64,000 nt of DNA from Patescibacteria group bacterium (GTDB taxonomy: Bacteria > Patescibacteriota > Microgenomatia > UBA1400 > PJMF01). A model generated the notes under the pieces. It searched no databases. It saw only the letters and a program-made list of their open reading frames with translations, and was not told the DNA's origin. The position numbers and the translations under genes are program-made. The stretch lies in contig JAZQJV010000018.1 of assembly GCA_045541795.1 (NCBI GenBank), positions 197,134-261,133 of the forward strand, written 5' to 3'. This document shows positions 56,824-64,000 of this stretch, in pieces. How positions within the stretch are numbered: the first letter of the stretch is position 1; the number at the start of each line of letters is the position of its first letter.

Positions 56824-59800
56824 ATGAAAACGAAATTTAGCCAATTATTACTAAAAATTAGCCCCCTGATGCTGGTTTGCTGCCTCACGCTGCTGTCTGT
56901 CAGCCGCGCGCAGGCCAAAATGTGTTCTTTTAGCGTGGAGGAAGGCGCTACACCCGCTGTCGCCGATAGACGGCTTTATTGGTACAAGAGCGAAAAAGGC
57001 CTCCCGGATGAATACATCCATGACTATGAGCTGACTTATCTCGGGGAAAATGATCCCTGCCCTACGGCCGAATACGACGGCGAGTCAGGACGCATCTTAA
57101 TGAGACCCGACGAAAATTACGCTCCCATGGATCTACTCATACCAGCCCTGGCCGCTCTTGAAGCCCAAGATGCCGACGGTAATCATACCGAATCCCGTGG
57201 TCAGGAGTGGCCGTGGAAGGATTCTGGCACCTACGTGCGCATCGAAGGGCTCTATGACCAAAGTGTCATCCCTTGCGGTACGGCCGTCGGCGACCAGTGT
57301 GACTGGGACTGGGGTATCAATAAAATCACTTATACTTACAAAGGCACTTACAAAGTCGATGCCCAATACGAAATGATGGTGCAGTTGACCAATACCAGCG
57401 GCTACGCCGGGCCAAATTTTTACATCGACAGCTATGACCAAGCTGCCAAAACCATCACCATGTCTCCCGACTGGCGTGGCAGTGAGCACTACTATACCAA
57501 TCCTCACTACGCCCTGGGTGCGCTTTCTGGCGCCTACAAGTACTTAACGGCGCACGACTACTCGGCACAAGGCGAAGTCACCTTTATTCTCGATACCGCC
57601 TATTCATACCCTTACGTACCGATCAAATCCATTACCTACAAAGACGGCAAGCTTAGTAGTGACGTTTTTGTCAGTAGTGTCAGCAATGTCAAGACGATTA
57701 GCTTTGATGAGTTTGACTATGACGGCTACTCGCCAGTGACACGTGTCGCCAGTTATAATCCCGGCTCAATTCCTACCTACTACTACGACCAATCAGTTTA
57801 CCCATACGTCCGCCGCACACTCACTCTCCAAGCCGCCACCAATTCAAGCCTCGAGGCTGCCACCGGTTTGATGGCCATCATGTATGACATTTATGGCAAC
57901 AACACCCCAGCCGAGATTTACTTCACTGGCGAAAGCTTCGCCAAAGCCACCATGAGCATTGTTGGCCAAGAAACATATTACGCCTATCACTTCCCCGATG
58001 ACAGCACTATTAACGGCACCGATATCTTCAATCTCTCTGCCCTCCACCAGGTAGATGCTACCCATTACACGGCTGTCTTTAATGATCAAGCCACACTAGA
58101 TGAAGGCATGATTTTTGCCTTGATGAATCAAGGAAAAGTGTTTGACATCACTTTTGAAGATCCGGCCATGCCTGGCACATTAAATTTTGAAGATGGCGCA
58201 TTTACCTTAAGTTTCGCCGATGCTGAGCTGGCTGGCAGCGATCTCGCGGCAAAAATCACCTCGCTCGAGGCCATTCTCAATGGTGAAAAGATGCAGCCCG
58301 ACCAAACCGCAGTCGACGTTTACGAGCTCGCCAACGACTGGCTGATCAATGTCGACGGATCCGACATCACCTATTTAAATTTCTACCTCGAGACGCCCTA
58401 TTTTGGCCGGCTCATGACGATTGATCTCGAGGACGAATCAATAAATGTCGACTATACTGACTATGTACTTGCCCCAGGTACTTCTGCCAGCGATGCTGCC
58501 ATTATCTACATGCAACTGATTGGTCAATATCTGGACGATGAACCAGAAACATTTGACGATAAAGGCGTCGCCGCCGACTCTATCGACGAACCTATCAACC
58601 GGATTTATTACGACGCGGACTCCGCGCGTACGAAGGCGATCCTCATGGGTAATTCCACCTTTGCTGACGGGCTTAATATCGCCTCGCTCATCACAAACGG
58701 CGTCGAGGTCAACTACCAAGTCGGCCACCCGCTCTCCATCATCACCCATGTCTATGACGAATTTGACGTCATCCTCAGTGAAAACGCCACCCAAGCCTGG
58801 CTGCGGGAGCACTTAGCCGAGCTTACCGGTTTCCCCGGCATCGGCGTGTACACTGGTGACGTCATGGATGGCCCCGTCCACCAGCTTGGTGACATTCTTT
58901 TTGCCGGCACGGATGAGCAAGGCAACCTCGCCCTTGATTATTACGCCTCAGACGAAATTGATGTCTACATTGACCAGGCGGAAAGTAGTATCATTCATGA
59001 CGCCAGCGCCAGCAGCGAAGCGGCTTTAGTCAAAGAAGTCGGCCTCGTGGCAGATCTAGTCGCGCATCTTGGCCTTGACGAGCAAGTAAATATCACGGTC
59101 GGCACTACCCCAGGCGCCGCTGTAGCCACCATTGACGCTCTCCAAGGCAAAGCCGCCAGCGGACAAATTGTCCTCCACGTCACTGATCATACCGGCACTT
59201 ACGGCACTTTCTCCGTCCTGCAGATGCCCGAGCTGCAAGAGCAAACCAGCTCCTGTGGCCGTGACGGCGTCCCATACTGCGCTCACCCAGACACTTACGC
59301 CGGCAAAACGCTCATTTTTACCAATGATCTTGCACCCGCCACCATCCAGCAGCTGGCCGCTAGCGTCCACTCAGATAAAAATTACTTAGTGATGGCGCAG
59401 TCTACCAGCCAACCGGCGCAGACCGCCTCCCTCTGGAGCAAGCTCATCAAGCAGGCCTATGCCGCCAGTACCAATTACTATCTGCTCGAGTATGACGCCA
59501 GCAATCAGCTTCAATCCCTTGGCGTCACCACTCTTGACGACTCCATGCAAGCCATCATTGACAGCTGGCGTCAAGTTGCCGGTGACTTTACCCTGCGCTT
59601 GCTAAACGAGCAGGCCATCAGCGAAGCTACCCTCATTTACCTGGCCACCACCAGTGACACCGCTTTTGCCGATGTCATCAACTACGTGGCCACAAACGCC
59701 GCCGACGGCCTCAATGCCGAGATCTACGGCCAAGACTTTGCCATCCTCGTGATCGCCGGTAAAGTGACTCAGGTCAATTTCACCGAAACGACTACAAGAG

Positions 59801-60435
59801 AAGAGGTCGAAGCCGCCATTGCCGGTACTAAGGGGCAGTTTACCGTCAATTTTGGTTCCGTCACCATGCTTGCCAGAGATGGCGTCCTTTTTGAGATCAA
59901 AACGATCTCTCTTGAGCCAGGATTAAGCGCCCCGCAAAGCCGCAATGTGCCCAGCAATGCCCGCCCGCAAGGCTGCGATGCGTCTATCCCTGTGGGCAAG
60001 GCAGATCTTTTCCAGATCGACCGCCAGGCGGACAAAGCCACGCTCTATTTCACGCCCGTGCGTGACAACACCGATCGTTACCACGTGATGTTTGGCTACG
60101 CCGAAGGCGATGAACGCTTCTCTGGTGTCGCCCTCCAAGTGACCGCCGAGCAAAACAACGGTGTCTTGGCGCTTGACATCACCAATCTTGACCCACGCCA
60201 GGTCTATTCCTTCAAAGTCGCACCTGTGCACGAGTGTGCCGTAGGAGTGTGGTCCAATTGGCTGACAGCTGCACCCACCAGCGCCTCACGAGTCACGCAT
60301 ACCTACCGCTACTACTCTCAAGAGACTAAGCCTGCTGCCTACCAGCCCGCCTCAAGCACTACAGTCGAGAGCCCTACTCAGCGCACCACCCAAATCGTCA
60401 CCGCTAAATACTCTCAGGTGACCCGCAAAAAATAA
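56824..60435 (+). CDS. Large acidic secreted/surface protein with C-terminal Fn3-like domain
   Basis: Signal peptide (AQA-K); C-terminal ATLYFTP...YHVMFG...ITNLDP...YSFKV...G.WS. Confidence 0.8.
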   Translation: MKTKFSQLLLKISPLMLVCCLTLLSVSRAQAKMCSFSVEEGATPAVADRRLYWYKSEKGLPDEYIHDYELTYLGENDPCPTAEYDGESGRILMRPDENYAPMDLLIPALAALEAQDADGNHTESRGQEWPWKDSGTYVRIEGLYDQSVIPCGTAVGDQCDWDWGINKITYTYKGTYKVDAQYEMMVQLTNTSGYAGPNFYIDSYDQAAKTITMSPDWRGSEHYYTNPHYALGALSGAYKYLTAHDYSAQGEVTFILDTAYSYPYVPIKSITYKDGKLSSDVFVSSVSNVKTISFDEFDYDGYSPVTRVASYNPGSIPTYYYDQSVYPYVRRTLTLQAATNSSLEAATGLMAIMYDIYGNNTPAEIYFTGESFAKATMSIVGQETYYAYHFPDDSTINGTDIFNLSALHQVDATHYTAVFNDQATLDEGMIFALMNQGKVFDITFEDPAMPGTLNFEDGAFTLSFADAELAGSDLAAKITSLEAILNGEKMQPDQTAVDVYELANDWLINVDGSDITYLNFYLETPYFGRLMTIDLEDESINVDYTDYVLAPGTSASDAAIIYMQLIGQYLDDEPETFDDKGVAADSIDEPINRIYYDADSARTKAILMGNSTFADGLNIASLITNGVEVNYQVGHPLSIITHVYDEFDVILSENATQAWLREHLAELTGFPGIGVYTGDVMDGPVHQLGDILFAGTDEQGNLALDYYASDEIDVYIDQAESSIIHDASASSEAALVKEVGLVADLVAHLGLDEQVNITVGTTPGAAVATIDALQGKAASGQIVLHVTDHTGTYGTFSVLQMPELQEQTSSCGRDGVPYCAHPDTYAGKTLIFTNDLAPATIQQLAASVHSDKNYLVMAQSTSQPAQTASLWSKLIKQAYAASTNYYLLEYDASNQLQSLGVTTLDDSMQAIIDSWRQVAGDFTLRLLNEQAISEATLIYLATTSDTAFADVINYVATNAADGLNAEIYGQDFAILVIAGKVTQVNFTETTTREEVEAAIAGTKGQFTVNFGSVTMLARDGVLFEIKTISLEPGLSAPQSRNVPSNARPQGCDASIPVGKADLFQIDRQADKATLYFTPVRDNTDRYHVMFGYAEGDERFSGVALQVTAEQNNGVLALDITNLDPRQVYSFKVAPVHECAVGVWSNWLTAAPTSASRVTHTYRYYSQETKPAAYQPASSTTVESPTQRTTQIVTAKYSQVTRKK

Positions 60436-60461
60436 TTACCAACCACCTAAGCAGCATCTCC

Positions 60462-60485
60462 AATCAGTCCTTCGGGACTGATTTT
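60462..60485. terminator. Intrinsic terminator
   Basis: AATCAGTCC-TTCG-GGACTGATT-TT. Confidence 0.8.
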
Positions 60486-60647
60486 GCATCTGCCCGACTT
60501 TAAAAGATCAAATATAATTATATTATAACATACTTTATCAAATTTGTCAAGAGGCAATTTTTCCTGCGCAAACTAGTGACTACTCCCTCATAAATTTTGC
60601 CAAAATTTGGCCGTGAAAATTAGACACAGTACTGATAAAATATACCC

Positions 60648-63473
60648 ATGACAACAAATTTCAAAGCAAAACTGACAAAATTACTATTCACAAGTTTTAC
60701 TGTCCTTGCACTCGCCGTGACCACTGGAAAATACGAGGCTGTCAATGCCCAAGCCAGTCCGCAAACACTCACCCTTGATCTCTATCAGCTGTACGCCTGT
60801 AATGAACTAAGCGATACTACTGCTTGCAGCGAACTGAGTACCTGGGCAGCTAATTTGGCCGCTCTTGATGTCAGCCAACCGCTCGGCATCCAGCTGACAG
60901 CCTCAGCTAATGACAATTTACAAACGGTGACGTTGGCCGATGCATTGGCGCTTCTTGACGATGACAGCAATTTTGATCTCAAGGCCTGGGCGAATCAGCT
61001 TACCTTGAGTCTTGATAACGAGGCCATGGATTTTTTAAACCTGCAAATTTATGACTTTTACCAAAGCACCAGCCCTGTAACCTATGAGTTTATCAGTTAC
61101 GAGTATAATACACAAACCCGCTATGCCCTCCAGGCCAACGTGCGGATTTATACCGCGCAAGAGTTAGTAGAAAATGCTTACCCTGACCAAACAGAGATTT
61201 TTTCCAATGTCGCCACTGACCTGCGCGATCAATTACAAAATTATACCGGCACCAATTTAGAGGAAATAGACATTAGTGTGCAAAATGATGAAGCCCTCCT
61301 GATCACCGCTGTAGATGGAGACTTACATGAACTCACGATTACCAGCCATGACATTGCCACCGCCACGCCGTACATTGCTATCTTTGCCATGATGGGTGAC
61401 TTTGCCGAAATTGTGGATGAAAACGGCGATCAGCTCGCTCTGGCACATTATCCCGCCGACAGCGTGCTTTGGATTGCTGTAGATGACTACAACACGCTCA
61501 TTGACCTGACTTCCAGTGAGCAGGGGATGGGAGAGCTTGCCTTTAACGTCACCACGACCAATAATATCGTCAATTTACAGACACTCATAGAAGATCCAGA
61601 TACCGGCGAATACAATTATGATTTTGATTACATTGAAACGACTACCGCCGGCGGTGACGGCAACACGGTGCAAATTGACCTTGTCCAGCTCGACCGCACA
61701 CAGTTCGCGCCACAAGGCGCTGTCAACTTGATCAATTATATCGCCGCCAATGCTCTGCTGCAAGACAGCAATCCTGACGTCGATCTACTGGACCTAGACG
61801 CCGTGGCGCTGACGGTCACATTGGATGAAAACGTCACTGCCAGTGTCAGCTATGACCAGCAGGAGCAGCAACCCGTCCTCGCCCTCGGGGATGACACTGC
61901 GGCGGCCATCCTCATGCTTTCCGGAAGCCTCGATGAAAGCATCCGCGCCCTCAATCTACCTGAGAGCAACCTGCAAATCACGGGGTCATTATCAAGCGTT
62001 AATTACGACATTGAAGTCAAGGTTGACGCCAGTGGGGAGGTAAGCACCTACACGAGCGTGAACACGAGTGAAACCATTGATCCAGACACTCAAGCCGCCA
62101 TCATCGCTGATCTTATTACCACCGGCGGTGACATTACCATCACCACTCCCGAGGGCGAGCTCGCCATACTCACTGTCACCGACGAGCAAACGGCGCAAAA
62201 GAGACTTTACTATTTCGCCGCCAAGGCTGGCCAAAGCCTCACGACAACTGCTGATATCCTGACTGTGGCCAAGCTCACCCGCGATATTATTGCGGTCGTC
62301 CCTGCTGACATCAACAGTGTCTATGTTGGCCTGAGTGACGGCATGCAAGAACTTGAGTCTATCTCCACCTTGGCGGAAAACGGCCAGATTAAAACTGTCA
62401 GCTATAACGCACTCACCGTCAGTACTGATAGTGAAGCACTCAAGGAGTTGTTGCCAGCAGTCGCCTCTCAGACTCCGGCAGCGGCCAGTATCAGTATCCA
62501 CGCTACACGAAGCAGTGATGAGACCAAAACCCTGTCTATTTTTGGCATTACCAGCCCGAGCGCCGACGTTTTTGCCACCGTCAAGCAGGCGATCAGTGAA
62601 GACTCCACCGCTATCGTCCAGTTGCTCGCCCTCGAAAGTGTCAGCGGGCAAATGCACACTGCCAGAAGTAGCGACAACATCGTCTCGGCAACGATTAACA
62701 CCATCACGCGCCTTGAAGATGATCAGCTGACCTTATCGATTACCGGCACTGACTTCACGATCAATATCAAAAACGGCGCTATTTATGCCGTCATCTTCAC
62801 CGCCACCACTACCCGGGAGCAAGTCGAGAGTGCCATTGCTGGCTCTCAAGGACAGTTTATGGTCTATTTTGGCTCTACTTACATGCTGGCCCGAGACGAC
62901 AAACTTTACGAGATCGCCACCCCAGCCAACGATCAGCCAGCTGCACCCACCTCAGATCCTAATGACCGCCACGCCAGCAGCCGCAACGTCCCCAACAACG
63001 CCCGGCCTCAAGGCTGTGACGCCTCCTTACCAATCGGCCAAGCAGATCTTTTCCAAATCGACCGCCAGGCAGACAAGGCGACGCTCTATTTCACGCCCGT
63101 GCGTGACAACACTGACCGTTACCACGTGATGTTTGGCTACAGCGAGGGTGACGAGCGGTTCTCTGGCATCGCCCTCCAGGTCAGCAGTGAGCAAAACAAC
63201 GGCGTCCTGGCTCTCGACATCACCAATCTCGACCCCCGCCTGACGTATTCCTTCAAGGTTGCCCCCGTGCATGACTGCGCCGTGGGTACGTGGTCAGCGT
63301 GGCTGACGGCTGGTCCTACTACCACTTCTCGTGTCAGCCACACTTATCGTTATGCTAATGAGCCGGTAAAATCACCTAGTTTGCCTACCTCGAGTCTCAC
63401 TACAAAAGCGGGCAGTGAGGGCAGTGTGCAAATCGTCACTGCCAAATACTCACCCGTTACCCGCCAGCACTAA
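60648..63473 (+). CDS. Large acidic secreted/surface protein, paralog sharing the C-terminal module
   Basis: Signal peptide; C-terminal ~200 aa highly similar to 56824-60435. Confidence 0.8.
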   Translation: MTTNFKAKLTKLLFTSFTVLALAVTTGKYEAVNAQASPQTLTLDLYQLYACNELSDTTACSELSTWAANLAALDVSQPLGIQLTASANDNLQTVTLADALALLDDDSNFDLKAWANQLTLSLDNEAMDFLNLQIYDFYQSTSPVTYEFISYEYNTQTRYALQANVRIYTAQELVENAYPDQTEIFSNVATDLRDQLQNYTGTNLEEIDISVQNDEALLITAVDGDLHELTITSHDIATATPYIAIFAMMGDFAEIVDENGDQLALAHYPADSVLWIAVDDYNTLIDLTSSEQGMGELAFNVTTTNNIVNLQTLIEDPDTGEYNYDFDYIETTTAGGDGNTVQIDLVQLDRTQFAPQGAVNLINYIAANALLQDSNPDVDLLDLDAVALTVTLDENVTASVSYDQQEQQPVLALGDDTAAAILMLSGSLDESIRALNLPESNLQITGSLSSVNYDIEVKVDASGEVSTYTSVNTSETIDPDTQAAIIADLITTGGDITITTPEGELAILTVTDEQTAQKRLYYFAAKAGQSLTTTADILTVAKLTRDIIAVVPADINSVYVGLSDGMQELESISTLAENGQIKTVSYNALTVSTDSEALKELLPAVASQTPAAASISIHATRSSDETKTLSIFGITSPSADVFATVKQAISEDSTAIVQLLALESVSGQMHTARSSDNIVSATINTITRLEDDQLTLSITGTDFTINIKNGAIYAVIFTATTTREQVESAIAGSQGQFMVYFGSTYMLARDDKLYEIATPANDQPAAPTSDPNDRHASSRNVPNNARPQGCDASLPIGQADLFQIDRQADKATLYFTPVRDNTDRYHVMFGYSEGDERFSGIALQVSSEQNNGVLALDITNLDPRLTYSFKVAPVHDCAVGTWSAWLTAGPTTTSRVSHTYRYANEPVKSPSLPTSSLTTKAGSEGSVQIVTAKYSPVTRQH

Positions 63474-63500
63474 AGCGTGCCTTTACCTCACCGGCGCGCA

Positions 63501-63530
63501 CCAAAATCAGCCCTTCAGGGCTGATTTTGG
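63501..63530. terminator. Intrinsic terminator
   Basis: CCAAAATCAGCCC-TTCA-GGGCTGATTTTGG. Confidence 0.8.
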
Positions 63531-63579
63531 CCTTGTCAATCTCCACTTTTCGTGTTATAATAACTCATCTTTAACAAAT

Positions 63580-63650
63580 TGCCCGATCGTCTAATGGCAG
63601 GACAGCAGCCTTTGGAGCTGTTTATCGTGGTTCGAATCCACGTCGGGCAT
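63580..63650 (+). tRNA. tRNA-Gln(TTG)
   Basis: TGCCCGA/TCGGGCA acceptor, anticodon loop CTTTGGA, GGTTCGAATCC. Confidence 0.92.
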
Positions 63651-63657
63651 CCGTAAT

Positions 63658-63729
63658 GCCTCCTTAGTATAAAAGTTAGTACAAGGGTTTTGTAACCCCT
63701 AGGAACTGGAGCGTTACCAGTAGGAGGCT
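63658..63729 (+). tRNA. tRNA-Thr(TGT) with atypical T-loop
   Basis: GCCTCCT/AGGAGGC acceptor, anticodon loop TTTGTAA, T-arm ACTGG-AGCGTTA-CCAGT. Confidence 0.75.
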
Positions 63730-63735
63730 CAGCTT

Positions 63736-64000
63736 ATGCAAAATCTGCGTCCCAAAATCGTAGTCATTGGTGGTGGTACGGGCACGGCCACTGTCCTTTC
63801 TGCTCTCAGCCGTGGTCACAAATTTGATCTCACGGCCATCGTCACCGTTTCTGATTCTGGCGGCTCTACCGGCAGGCTTCGCGACGAGTTTGGCTTCATC
63901 CCCGTAGGCGACGTGCGCGCCTGCCTAGCGGCTCTGGCCAGCGGTCACAACAGTGAGGAAGTCAAAAACATGCTCCTATACCGCTTTGACCGGGGAGAAG
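63736..64000 (+). CDS. YvcK/GlmR (CofD-like) family protein, 5' part
   Basis: KIVVIGGGTG, LTAIVTVSDSGGSTGRLRDEFG..PVGDVR.CL.ALA; runs off the window. Confidence 0.88.
   Translation, partial: MQNLRPKIVVIGGGTGTATVLSALSRGHKFDLTAIVTVSDSGGSTGRLRDEFGFIPVGDVRACLAALASGHNSEEVKNMLLYRFDRGE

Noticed and set aside
59938-63353. Repeat between the surface proteins as a second TR/VR pair
   Set aside because: Both copies are coding, and the differences are mostly synonymous and not adenine-specific.

Overview
Bacterial chromosomal window. Gene content and compact organisation point to a Patescibacteria/CPR (Microgenomates-like) genome; this is inference. The backbone holds peptidoglycan and division genes (murE-murC fusion, murB, ftsQ-like, ftsA, ftsZ, murA, mraY, ftsW, murG), plus frr, rseP, efp, coaE, tgt, secDF, dnaK and seven tRNAs. 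The main accessory feature is a complete diversity-generating retroelement (DGR) between tRNA-Leu and tRNA-Glu. It has a FISUMP/CLec-fold target (VR 27596-27757), a MutS-I-like/Avd fusion accessory gene, an RT, and a template repeat (30488-30649) downstream of the RT. TR and VR differ at 14 positions, all TR adenines. The TR lies in an apparently separately transcribed ~430-nt RNA with a boxB/boxA-like leader and nested long-range stems. Other signals: nine copies of an extended promoter AAATTGCCTC-TTGACA-N17-TA(T/G)AAT (three with no sense gene), repeated hairpin+boxA leaders, a 126/147-bp GTGTGGCA-rich direct repeat bracketing a glycine-rich gene whose N-terminus resembles the DGR target's, palindromes inside yhcG and an ORF6N pseudogene, many apparently leaderless genes, and two paralogous large surface proteins. 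All calls come from reading the sequence by eye; no searches or folding programs were run.
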